DNA of 64,000 nucleotides. Source: Lachnospiraceae bacterium (lineage in GTDB: Bacteria; Bacillota; Clostridia; Lachnospirales; Lachnospiraceae). The translations under genes and the position numbers were made by a program. The notes below the pieces were generated by a model. The model was given only the letters and a program-made list of their open reading frames with translations. It was not told where the DNA came from and searched no databases. Shown piece after piece: positions 49,841 to 58,931 of this stretch. Position 1 is the stretch's first letter, and every line of letters begins with the position of its first letter. Location: assembly GCA_030531245.1 (NCBI GenBank), contig JAUNOA010000003.1:8261-72260 (forward strand), given 5' to 3'.

Positions 49841-50668
49841 TTAGTGTATAAGAACCATTTCTTCGATGATTTGAGCGACTCCGTCATCGTCATTGGACGG
49901 AGCGATGATATCCGCCGAACTTTTCGTGACATCATTACCGTTTCCCATACAGACTCCTGTGCCGGCAGCCCGGAGCAATGGTATGTCGTTATAACTGTCA
50001 CCGAATCCCATGGTTTCCGATATATCAATATGAAAATACTGTGCTACAGCCTCAAGTGCCTTGCCTTTATCTGCTCCGGAGGCATTGATTTCAACATTGT
50101 TCTTTATTGATGAGGTTACCTTGAGACCCGGAAACATTGATTCCAGATTATCCATCAGGTACCTCTTGATTTCCATATCTTTTGTATATGCCATGATCTT
50201 CTGGATATCATGACCTGAAGCTCTGATATGTTCTTTCAGTTCCGGTACTCCTTTTCTGTGTTTCCAGACAAGGTCCAGATAAAACCTGTCATCAACATAA
50301 GACTCTATTTCATCCATCATTTTCTGATTGATAAAACTGTCATTATTCATATAACAGTCGTATGCCACCGGCATAGTATCGAAAAATGACATGATATCTA
50401 TCGCTTCATTTACAGGTATTTCCGACCGGTATATCTCCTCTCCTGTTTTCATATCAATAACATATGCTCCGTTTATGGAAATTATACAGTCAACAAAATC
50501 CATATCCTTGATTTCCTGCGGAACTGTTCGCAGAAAACGTCCTGTGGCCGGTACTATATGAACGCCCTGTCCTGCGGCATTTTTCAATGCATCATATGTT
50601 CTAGGGGTTATTTTCTTGTCGGTAGTCAGCAATGTACCGTCCAGATCAAAAGCGATCAGCTTAATCAT
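49841..50668 (-). CDS. Cof-type HAD-IIB family hydrolase
   Basis: 275 aa; MIKLIAFDLDGTLL (DxD motif), VPATGR and the C-terminal GDSYNDIPLL motif. Confidence 0.88.
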   Translation of the reverse strand: MIKLIAFDLDGTLLTTDKKITPRTYDALKNAAGQGVHIVPATGRFLRTVPQEIKDMDFVDCIISINGAYVIDMKTGEEIYRSEIPVNEAIDIMSFFDTMPVAYDCYMNNDSFINQKMMDEIESYVDDRFYLDLVWKHRKGVPELKEHIRASGHDIQKIMAYTKDMEIKRYLMDNLESMFPGLKVTSSIKNNVEINASGADKGKALEAVAQYFHIDISETMGFGDSYNDIPLLRAAGTGVCMGNGNDVTKSSADIIAPSNDDDGVAQIIEEMVLIH

Positions 50669-50684
50669 AATTTTCTCCTTACCG

Positions 50685-51476
50685 TCAGATAAAATCAGGT
50701 ATCAGTTCCGTCGTGGCAGCACACGGGTCCTGAACATATCCGTTCTCAATTCCGCTGTTGTACAGAAGCATAACTGCTTTTTCGCATTCCCGTTTTGTGA
50801 GTGTCCTGTTCAGTTCCGGGTACTTGTCCGAACGGACTACCGGTGTATACTGAAGCATGAGGCTGAACCATGCATCTCCGAAATACTCCGAAAAATGATT
50901 TATTACGGATTCTGTGTTTTTCAGATGAAGCGGAAGAACAAGGTGTCGAATGATGACTCCTTTTCGGATTATGCCGTCATTATCAAATTCCGGATTGCCC
51001 TTCTGTCTCAGCATTTCACTTATTGATCTGCGGGCCACCTCGGGATAATCGCTCTTGCCTGTAAATTTAAAAGCAAGCGATTCATCATAGTATTTGAAAT
51101 CAGGCAGGTACACATCCACATAATCTTCAAGAAGTCTGATTGTTCCGACGTCCTCATAACCTGATGAATTCCAGACAACAGGAACATTGGGTCTGTATAT
51201 ATCAAATGCCCTTATTATCCTTTCCGCCCAGGAGTATCCGGTAACAATATTGATATTATGTGCTCCCTGCTCCTCAAGTTCTCTGAATATATCCGCAAGC
51301 TGCTCAATCGTATACTGCTGTCCTGCTCCGTGTCTGCTTATGGGATCATTCTGACAGAAAACGCATCCCAGATTACATCCACTGAAAAACACGGTACCCG
51401 ATCCATGGGTACCGCTTATACAAGGTTCCTCTCCGTGATGCAACTGATATTTTCCTATTCTTACTTCCGATATCAT
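50685..51476 (-). CDS. Radical SAM protein, PflX-type (PFL-activase-like)
   Basis: 263 aa with the cluster motif GCNLGCVFCQN close to the N-terminus. The size and sequence are typical of COG1313-like proteins. Confidence 0.8.
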   Translation of the reverse strand: MISEVRIGKYQLHHGEEPCISGTHGSGTVFFSGCNLGCVFCQNDPISRHGAGQQYTIEQLADIFRELEEQGAHNINIVTGYSWAERIIRAFDIYRPNVPVVWNSSGYEDVGTIRLLEDYVDVYLPDFKYYDESLAFKFTGKSDYPEVARRSISEMLRQKGNPEFDNDGIIRKGVIIRHLVLPLHLKNTESVINHFSEYFGDAWFSLMLQYTPVVRSDKYPELNRTLTKRECEKAVMLLYNSGIENGYVQDPCAATTELIPDFI

Positions 51477-52780
51477 AACCTGCTTAAAACCGCTTCAAAA
51501 CTTCTGGCAGCCTCTGCCTGGATTTTTTCTTTATCAAGGTATTTATATTCACCGTTTTTATATAATACATCTCCGTCGCATACAGTCATAAATACATCCG
51601 ATGACTGTGCCGAGAAAACAACATTGGCTAAAGTGTCATAATCCGGATACAGATGTGGTCTGTCCAGATCCAGTACGATAAAGTCAGCCTTCATCCCTTC
51701 GGCAATCAGCCCGCAGTCTTCCCTTCCCTGTGCCAGAGCTCCGTTTCTTGTGGCTATTTTCAGGATGTCTTTATCCGATATGGCATTCGAATCCTCGGAC
51801 TGTCCTCTGCAAACCATGGCGACAAGATGCATCTCTTCAAACATATTGAGATTGTTGTTCGACGATGCACCGTCAGTACCTATCGATATATTAAGTCCCC
51901 TGTCAAAATAATGCTTCAGCGGAGCAATTCCGGTACCCAGTTTCAGATTTGAGGAAAGGCAATGTGACATGTAGACATCATGCGCTTTAAAAATATCGAT
52001 ATCCTCATCTGTCAGATGAACGCAATGGGCAGCCGTCGTCTTCAGATCAAACAGCCCTTTGCTCTCAAAATACTTTGCCGGTGTTATACCTCTTCTGCTG
52101 ATGCAGGAATCATGGTTGACTTTGGCTTCAGACAGATGGATCTGCATCGTGAGATTGTTTTTTACTGCAAAATCGATGCATTCTTCCACGCTTTTATCGG
52201 TAGTTGTAAATTCATCATGAATTGATGCGGTAGGGACTATCCTGCCGTCTTTGAGAGTTCCGGCATATTCTATCATTTCCACAGTATCTCTGTAGGATCT
52301 GTCATGATAGTAGCTCCCTTCGGGATCGAATACAATCATACCGTTGCTGATATTGGCCTTCATACCGGCGTCATATAATCCCTTTCCGTATCTTACCAGA
52401 CAGGAATACATGTCCGATACGGAAACACAGCCGGAGGCTATAAGTTCCAGGGCTCCGAGCTGAGCACCCCAGAATTTCTCATCCTCCTCAAAATGTGCTT
52501 CAAAAGGAAATATTTTTTCATTCAGCCAGCGGTTAAGCGGCATTCCTTCTCCGTATCCCCTCAGAAGTGTCATGGAAATATGACAATGAGTATTATAGAA
52601 AGCAGGCATGATAAGTTTTTTATCACCGTCTGTCACTTCATGTCCCGTGATATCCATACCTGATTCGCGCGGATCCTGCGAACCGATATAAACAAATCTG
52701 TCACCGGAAACCACTGCATGCTGATTTCTTTTGAGATTAAAATCTTTGTCTATTAAACTGATATTTTTAAAATACATCAT
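51473..52780 (-). CDS. Amidohydrolase, MtaD-like (5-methylthioadenosine/S-adenosylhomocysteine deaminase family)
   Basis: 435 aa with the metal-binding HCH motif (AFYNTHCHISMTLLRG), HLSE and a C-terminal TDG..SNN motif. The 3' end overlaps the downstream radical SAM start by 4 nt. Confidence 0.82.
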   Translation of the reverse strand: MMYFKNISLIDKDFNLKRNQHAVVSGDRFVYIGSQDPRESGMDITGHEVTDGDKKLIMPAFYNTHCHISMTLLRGYGEGMPLNRWLNEKIFPFEAHFEEDEKFWGAQLGALELIASGCVSVSDMYSCLVRYGKGLYDAGMKANISNGMIVFDPEGSYYHDRSYRDTVEMIEYAGTLKDGRIVPTASIHDEFTTTDKSVEECIDFAVKNNLTMQIHLSEAKVNHDSCISRRGITPAKYFESKGLFDLKTTAAHCVHLTDEDIDIFKAHDVYMSHCLSSNLKLGTGIAPLKHYFDRGLNISIGTDGASSNNNLNMFEEMHLVAMVCRGQSEDSNAISDKDILKIATRNGALAQGREDCGLIAEGMKADFIVLDLDRPHLYPDYDTLANVVFSAQSSDVFMTVCDGDVLYKNGEYKYLDKEKIQAEAARSFEAVLSRL

Positions 52781-52820
52781 ATTTCTCCATATGTTACGGA
52801 TATGTATATATCCTATCTCT

Positions 52821-54881
52821 TTATCGCTTTTGTTTCAAGAACTCAAGCTTTGTATCAGGTCTGAAAATCTTTATAAGCGGTGTTGCATTGACAATCAGAC
52901 AAATCATCCATTCAATTACACACAGAATCAGTATCGGAAGTATACGCTGCAGTATAGGATTACCGGTTACTATCTGAGTAAACAAAACAGTATTGTTCAG
53001 AAATCCGTATTCCAGATGCGTAGTCATGATTATGAGTGAATTGATACCGAAATATATAAGTATCGATGAAATATACGGAATCTTTTTAATGATTTTTGAA
53101 AGCCCGAATATCGCTGCAGTTCCGAAAGTGATACCGATTATAAACCCTGCAGGTTTGATAATATAGGCACAGTTCAGATTGTTGCCGTCATATAGCGGAT
53201 AGCAAGCGAAATTCACAATAAAAGCTGCGATTGTAATACCTGCAACACGGACTGCAGAATCCTTTTTATTAATCAGATCCCGGATTATTATTCCAAGTCC
53301 GGATATCCCCGCAGCAATAACAGACTGAACAAAAACAAGCAGAATATTATGAAAAAATGCGGAAACCGAAAGAGCCTGAGGATATCCGCTTATTCCGTGT
53401 TCTGCAAGTATCCATCCCAGCAAGGAACCCACAGCCAGTAATCCTATTCTTACGGATGCTGCGATCTTAGCCGATAATCTGCCGGTAAACGCATTGATCA
53501 CTCTTGAAAAGAACAAAGTCGGAAGAAACCATAAAGTACCGCAGCCGATAAAGCTGAAAGTATAGAACAGATAGACCGAAGCATCTCCTGCTATCATTTC
53601 CGGATGTCCCGAACAATAATACTTTACTGATGTATAGATAATAAACAGCAATGACAGAATAAAATAGGGTACAAGAATCCTAATCGCATCTTTCCGGATA
53701 TCATATTTTTTCTTTTCCGACGTTATACCGGATACTGCAAAAAATACAGCCAGATGAAACGTGAGCCCATCCTGTATCAGGCGGAAGTCTCCGGGAAGGT
53801 GTACCAGCATAACGGCAATAATTCCAAGGCCTTTAGTAATATCAAGCTCGGATATTCTTGAAACAGAATCTGAAAATTTCTCAAATCTGAATACAGTCAG
53901 TTGATTCTTTAAAACCTTCAAAAATCCTGCTGACAGATAAATCAGAAGCAGTGTACCAAACAGAACAACAAGCATCTTCTTTTTTGAAACCGGATTCACA
54001 TACTCCAGGACTTTATACAGAATAGCGTGATGAAGCAGGAAAACCTCATACGAAACAGAGCTTCCCTCTCTCACGATTTTCTTTAACACGCTCTTATTGC
54101 AGATTGCCTCTCCTGCAGCATTCAGCGGAAGGAACAGGCAGATACCCAGCAGTACTTTGCATATATCTTCATTGACCGGAAGACGTATAAAAGCAAGGAC
54201 AGCTGCCATTATGACCGACACCGTAAGTGCCGTTTTACTACCGAATAATCTGTCCTTATATTTACACAAAAGCATACCCAGCATAAAAAGCAATATACAG
54301 GTAAGCAGATTTCTGAAAGGAACTATTTCAAACGGGTTATTATAAACTATCGCTGCGAACGCGACAGACAACACCGTCACTGTTAATCCCGCTGCTTTTT
54401 TAAAAACTTTCAGAATGATCGGATACAACAGATAAAGCAGAATGATAGCACCCAGAAACCATTCACCTATCAGGTAGTAATTGGGAGCCTTATAAAGAAA
54501 GTATCCGTCCATACCGGGTATGGACAGCAGAAGCGACCATCTGGATGCAATATCGTCCAGAAAGAAAAACCGTACGTTTTTTATCACTCTGATGAAATAG
54601 ATAATGATATAACCGAGCCAGAATGACGGAAAAATACTCTTTATACGTCTGAGGTAAAACTCTGCCGGATCATTCACTTCATAATGGTTGTAAAGCATGG
54701 AAAAGCCGGAAACAGCAAAGAACAGAGCCACAAAGGCTTCTCCCCAGTTTCCGTTTGCATTTCCGAACAGGATTTTCAGCGGGCAGGCTGATGCTGCCGA
54801 GAAATGGTATAAAACCATTCCCAGCGAGCATACCGCACGTATAAAATCCAGTCCGTATAATCTTTTTGGTTTTTCGTCCAT
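52821..54881 (-). CDS. Tandem acyltransferase-3 (AT3) family integral membrane protein
   Basis: 686 aa, almost entirely hydrophobic helices. Two AT3-type starts are visible: LYGLDFIRAVCSLGMVLYHF (aa ~8) and ELDITKGLGIIAVMLVHL (aa ~345). Confidence 0.75.
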   Translation of the reverse strand: MDEKPKRLYGLDFIRAVCSLGMVLYHFSAASACPLKILFGNANGNWGEAFVALFFAVSGFSMLYNHYEVNDPAEFYLRRIKSIFPSFWLGYIIIYFIRVIKNVRFFFLDDIASRWSLLLSIPGMDGYFLYKAPNYYLIGEWFLGAIILLYLLYPIILKVFKKAAGLTVTVLSVAFAAIVYNNPFEIVPFRNLLTCILLFMLGMLLCKYKDRLFGSKTALTVSVIMAAVLAFIRLPVNEDICKVLLGICLFLPLNAAGEAICNKSVLKKIVREGSSVSYEVFLLHHAILYKVLEYVNPVSKKKMLVVLFGTLLLIYLSAGFLKVLKNQLTVFRFEKFSDSVSRISELDITKGLGIIAVMLVHLPGDFRLIQDGLTFHLAVFFAVSGITSEKKKYDIRKDAIRILVPYFILSLLFIIYTSVKYYCSGHPEMIAGDASVYLFYTFSFIGCGTLWFLPTLFFSRVINAFTGRLSAKIAASVRIGLLAVGSLLGWILAEHGISGYPQALSVSAFFHNILLVFVQSVIAAGISGLGIIIRDLINKKDSAVRVAGITIAAFIVNFACYPLYDGNNLNCAYIIKPAGFIIGITFGTAAIFGLSKIIKKIPYISSILIYFGINSLIIMTTHLEYGFLNNTVLFTQIVTGNPILQRILPILILCVIEWMICLIVNATPLIKIFRPDTKLEFLKQKR

Positions 54882-54964
54882 AATTATTGTTTATTTCTCC
54901 AGATACAACGCTATTTTATTATGTCACAGTATTAAAGTCAAAGGATTAAATATCCGTTACTGCC

Positions 54965-54993
54965 TTGACATTTACAATGTTTTGTGTTAGAAT
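54965..54993 (+). promoter_or_regulatory. Sigma-A type promoter for the DeoR-dehydrogenase cluster
   Basis: TTGACA (54965-54970), a 17-nt spacer ending TGt, and TAGAAT (54988-54993), an extended -10. Confidence 0.6.
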
Positions 54994-55050
54994 ATTGTAA
55001 GATTTGTTAAAATCTAGCAGCGCAATGTTAGATATTGATTTGAGGTAAAA

Positions 55051-55875
55051 ATGTACAACAAGCGTCAGACTATCATCATGGACTATCTTACAAAGAACGG
55101 AGAAGCAAAAAACTCCGATCTTCTTCCTCTCATCGGAGACTGCTCTATGATGACGCTTATCAGAGATCTTAATAAACTTGAAAATGACGGTCAGCTTTTG
55201 CGAACACACGGAGGTGCGATCATTGCGCCTCAGGTACAGGTGAAGCAGGAGCTGGCTTTTGATTACAGGATAAACCAGAACACGTTTGAAAAAGATGGTA
55301 TTGCATGGATGGCAACCGAACTTATCCAGGCCAATCATGCTTACTATTTTGATTCCGGCAGCACTATCCTGTCCATGGCCCAGCAGATCAATGATGAGCA
55401 CCACGCTATCGTTACAAGTGCAGCAAATACCGCTATCGAGCTCTCAAGAAGCGGCAACAATACCGTTACTCTTCTCGGCGGACAGTTAAGTGCAAACACA
55501 CTTTCCGTTTCGGGTCCGCAGGCACAGCGCATGCTGCAGGATATCAATATTGACGTAGCTTTTATGGCGACATCCGGTTTTTCCGCACACGGCGGTTTTA
55601 CTGTCGGATCTCTTTCGGAAGCAGAACTCAAACGAGAGGTTATAAGAAAATCCGCTATGACGGTAATGCTTCTTGACCATACAAAAATCAACAAAAGCTA
55701 TCCTTTTACTTTTGCTCACCTGGACGCAATTGATATCATTATCGGTGATAAGTTTACAGACGATTTTCTCGATGAGGCAAAACAGCATGATGTATTGTTA
55801 TTTTCGCCGGATGACGGAAGAACATCTGATGAACGTATAGATCTTTTCAATCGAATAATCAAAAATAATTTTTAG
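55051..55875 (+). CDS. DeoR/GlpR family transcriptional regulator
   Basis: 274 aa with an N-terminal winged HTH (RQTIIMDYLTKNGEAKNSDLLPLIGDCSMMTLIRDLNKLENDGQLLRTHGGA) and a C-terminal DeoR sugar-phosphate sensor domain. Confidence 0.88.
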   Translation: MYNKRQTIIMDYLTKNGEAKNSDLLPLIGDCSMMTLIRDLNKLENDGQLLRTHGGAIIAPQVQVKQELAFDYRINQNTFEKDGIAWMATELIQANHAYYFDSGSTILSMAQQINDEHHAIVTSAANTAIELSRSGNNTVTLLGGQLSANTLSVSGPQAQRMLQDINIDVAFMATSGFSAHGGFTVGSLSEAELKREVIRKSAMTVMLLDHTKINKSYPFTFAHLDAIDIIIGDKFTDDFLDEAKQHDVLLFSPDDGRTSDERIDLFNRIIKNNF

Positions 55876-55887
55876 GAGGAATGATTT

Positions 55888-57510
55888 ATGGCAGTTGGTG
55901 TATTGATGCCTAAAGAAGGTATCACTGTCGAGTCATGCATCATGGGTGCATGGAAAAAGAATGTCGGCGATCAGGTAAAGATCGGTGACATCCTTTTCAG
56001 CTACGAGACCGACAAGGCTGAGTTCGAAGTCGAGTCAACAGCTGAAGGTACTATCCTCGCTCAGTTCTATAACGAAGGCGATGAAGTACCATGTCTTGTT
56101 AACGTATGTGCTGTAGGTAATCCCGGTGAGGATTTTTCAGCCCTTGATCCTAAGGGTGGTGCTACAGCCGCTCCTGCACCGGCTCCTGCTGCTGCTCCTG
56201 CTCCTGTAGCTCCGACAGGTCCTGTTGCTACCGGCGTTCTTATGCCGAAGGAAGGCATAACAGTTGAATCATGTATCATGGGTGCATGGAAGAAAAATGT
56301 AGGCGACATGGTTAAACTCGGCGATATCCTTTTCAGCTATGAAACAGATAAGGCAGAGTTCGAAGTTGAGTCTACCGCAGAAGGCAAACTTCTTGCCATC
56401 TTCTACAACGAGGGTGATGAGGTTCCGTGTCTTGTTAATGTATGTGCAATCGGTAAAGACGGCGATGATTTCGCTTCTCTTGATCCTAAGGGTGCTACTG
56501 CAGCCGCTCCGGCTCCTGCTGCCGCTCCGGCACAGACTGCAGCTCCGGCAAGTGCCCCTGCTGCAACAGCTGCTCCTGCTGCAACAGTATCGGCTGACGG
56601 TCTTCACATCTCACCAAGAGCAAAACAGCTTGCTGCTAATGCATGCGTAGATGCTGCTCTTGCTACACCTACCGGTCCGAACGGACGTATTATCGAGCGC
56701 GATGTTCGCACTCTTATGGAGTCCGGCATTACAGCTGCTGCTCCTGCACCGGCTCCTGCTGCTGCTCCTGCACCGGCTCCGGCTGCTGCTCCCGCACAGG
56801 CCGCTCCTTCAGCAGATTACGAAGATGTCAAGTTCACACCTGTACGTAAAGCTACAGCAAAGGCTATGCTCGGATCACTTCAGAATTCAGCACAGCTCAC
56901 TCTTAATACATCATTCGATGCAACTCAGCTTCAGAATTATCGTAAGATGTGCAAGGCTATGGAAGACTCTCCTGTTGCAAAGATCACTCTCAACGATATG
57001 GTTATGTTCGCAGTATCACGTACACTGCTTGATTTCAAGGCACTCAACTCAAATATGGTTGACGACACAACATACCGTCAGTTCAACAAGGTTAACCTCG
57101 GATTTGCATGTGATGCTCCAAAGGGTCTCTTTGTACCGGTTGTTAAGAACTGTGAGAAGAAGAGCCTGCTTGATATCTCCCTTGAATGCAAGAAATTTGC
57201 TGCAGAGGCACGTGACGGAAAGCTTAAACCGGATGATATGTCAGGCGGTACATTCACGATTTCAAACATCGGTGCTTTCGGAGTTATGTCATTTACACCT
57301 GTTATCAACCCGCCTCAGGTAGCTATCCTCGGTGTATGCGGTATTGAGACAAAGATCAAAGGTGTCAAGGACGGCAATATCGTAACTTATCCGGCAATGG
57401 GACTTTCACTTACAATCGATCATAGAGTAATCGACGGTGCTCCGGGAGCAAGATTCCTTAAGGCTCTCTGTGCTAACCTCGAAAACTTCATGACACTTTT
57501 AGCTAATTAA
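55888..57510 (+). CDS. 2-oxoacid dehydrogenase E2 (dihydrolipoamide acyltransferase) with two lipoyl domains
   Basis: 540 aa with two lipoyl domains (each with ETDKA), Ala/Pro linkers, a peripheral subunit-binding domain (ISPRAKQLA) and a catalytic domain with DHRVIDG. Confidence 0.92.
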   Translation: MAVGVLMPKEGITVESCIMGAWKKNVGDQVKIGDILFSYETDKAEFEVESTAEGTILAQFYNEGDEVPCLVNVCAVGNPGEDFSALDPKGGATAAPAPAPAAAPAPVAPTGPVATGVLMPKEGITVESCIMGAWKKNVGDMVKLGDILFSYETDKAEFEVESTAEGKLLAIFYNEGDEVPCLVNVCAIGKDGDDFASLDPKGATAAAPAPAAAPAQTAAPASAPAATAAPAATVSADGLHISPRAKQLAANACVDAALATPTGPNGRIIERDVRTLMESGITAAAPAPAPAAAPAPAPAAAPAQAAPSADYEDVKFTPVRKATAKAMLGSLQNSAQLTLNTSFDATQLQNYRKMCKAMEDSPVAKITLNDMVMFAVSRTLLDFKALNSNMVDDTTYRQFNKVNLGFACDAPKGLFVPVVKNCEKKSLLDISLECKKFAAEARDGKLKPDDMSGGTFTISNIGAFGVMSFTPVINPPQVAILGVCGIETKIKGVKDGNIVTYPAMGLSLTIDHRVIDGAPGARFLKALCANLENFMTLLAN

Positions 57511-57530
57511 TCCATATGGAGGCAAAAAAA

Positions 57531-58901
57531 ATGGAGAAATATGATGTAGTAGTTTTAGGCGGCGGCCCGGGTGGTTATCTGTGTGCAGAGCGTGCAGCAC
57601 AGGCCGGTTTCAAGGCTGCTGTTGTGGAGAAAAGAGCTCTCGGCGGAACATGTCTTAATGAAGGCTGTGTTCCTACAAAAGCATTCCTCTACTGTGCAAA
57701 GAACTACAACGCTGCAAAGCATGCAGAGACTTACGGTTTCGAAGCAAAAGACGTAAAAATCAATCATGCCGCTGTTGTAGATCGCAAGAACAAAATCGTT
57801 AAGACTCTGGTTGGCGGTGTAGGTGCCACAATGAAGTCAAACAAAATCAAGGTTTATGATGCTGAAGGTTCTATCAAGGGACGTGGCGCTGAAGGCTTCG
57901 AAATCAACGCAGGAAATGAAGTAATCGCCTGTGACAGACTTGTTATCGCTACAGGTTCGGTTACTGCTGTTCCTCCGATTAACGGACTTAAAGAAGGCCT
58001 TGAGTCAGGTTTCGTAGTTACAAACCGCGAAGTACTTGATCTCAAAGAACTTCCCAAGTCAATCGTCTGCCTGGGCGGCGGAGTTATCGGCCTTGAGATG
58101 GCCTGCTACTTCTCGACAGTAGGAACAAAGGTTACTATCGTTGAGATGATGCCTAAGATCGCAGGTCCGACAGATGCTGATATCTGCAAACTCCTTCAGA
58201 AGACATATGAGAAGGAAGGCATGGAGTTCATGCTCAATGCAAAGGTTCAGGAAGTCGGCAAAGATTCCGTAACATATGAAGATGCAACAGGTAAGCATAC
58301 GATCAAATGTGACAAGGTTCTCCTTGCAGCAGGACGTCGTGCTAACATCGCAGGTGTTAACGTAGAAGCTCTCGGTATCGAGACAAACCGCGGTGCAATC
58401 GTTACTGACAGCCACATGTGCACAAATGTACAGGGTGTCTACGCAGTAGGCGACTGCAACGGCAAGCTTATGCTCGCTCATACAGCTTATCGTGAGGCTG
58501 AGGTTGCTGTTCATCATATGCAGGGTGTTAAGGATGACATGAGATATGATCATATCCCGTCTGTTATCTACACAAATCCAGAAGTTGCTTCTGTAGGTTA
58601 TTCAGAGGAAAAGGCAAAAGAAGCCGGATTCAATGTAAAGACTTATAAAGTACCTATGATGATGAGTGGACGTTATGTAGCAGAAACACTTAACGGAGAC
58701 GGATTCTGCAAGCTCGTATATGATCTTGACAAGAAGTGCCTCGTTGGTGTTCACATGGTAGGAAACTACGCTTCAGAGATGATCTACGGTGCAGCAATGC
58801 TGCTTGATACAGAAATGCCGATAGAACGCATCAAGAAGATCGTATTCCCGCATCCGACAGTATCAGAAGTAATCCGTGAAGGATTATTCATGATCAAATA
58901 A
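57531..58901 (+). CDS. lpdA: Dihydrolipoyl dehydrogenase (E3)
   Basis: FAD motif VVVLGGGPGG and redox-active disulfide GGTCLNEGCVPTK. The ORF opens at 57516, but the ATG at 57531 (MEKYDVVV) follows GGAGG with better spacing. Confidence 0.92.
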   Translation: MEKYDVVVLGGGPGGYLCAERAAQAGFKAAVVEKRALGGTCLNEGCVPTKAFLYCAKNYNAAKHAETYGFEAKDVKINHAAVVDRKNKIVKTLVGGVGATMKSNKIKVYDAEGSIKGRGAEGFEINAGNEVIACDRLVIATGSVTAVPPINGLKEGLESGFVVTNREVLDLKELPKSIVCLGGGVIGLEMACYFSTVGTKVTIVEMMPKIAGPTDADICKLLQKTYEKEGMEFMLNAKVQEVGKDSVTYEDATGKHTIKCDKVLLAAGRRANIAGVNVEALGIETNRGAIVTDSHMCTNVQGVYAVGDCNGKLMLAHTAYREAEVAVHHMQGVKDDMRYDHIPSVIYTNPEVASVGYSEEKAKEAGFNVKTYKVPMMMSGRYVAETLNGDGFCKLVYDLDKKCLVGVHMVGNYASEMIYGAAMLLDTEMPIERIKKIVFPHPTVSEVIREGLFMIK

Positions 58902-58931
58902 AAACTATATTATATAAGGAGAAAATAAATT

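Noticed and set aside
55897-56490. Duplicated lipoyl domain in E2 (55897-56155 vs 56230-56490) as a possible recent duplication or assembly artefact.
   Set aside because: The two protein copies are very similar, but the DNA differs at many synonymous positions (for example ggtgtattgatgcctaaagaaggtatcact vs ggcgttcttatgccgaaggaaggcataaca). This is an old, selected duplication, and multiple lipoyl domains are standard in E2p-type proteins.
56067-57322. Alternative-frame and antisense ORFs across the E2 gene (56067-56309, 56269-56607, 56339-56650, 56643-56849, 56651-57322), and repetitive gctcctgct... tracts that at first glance look like a microsatellite or repeat array.
   Set aside because: The repeats encode the Ala/Pro-rich flexible linkers between lipoyl, subunit-binding and catalytic domains, which are normal for E2 proteins. 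The alternative ORFs are L/R/S/C-rich by-products of that composition.
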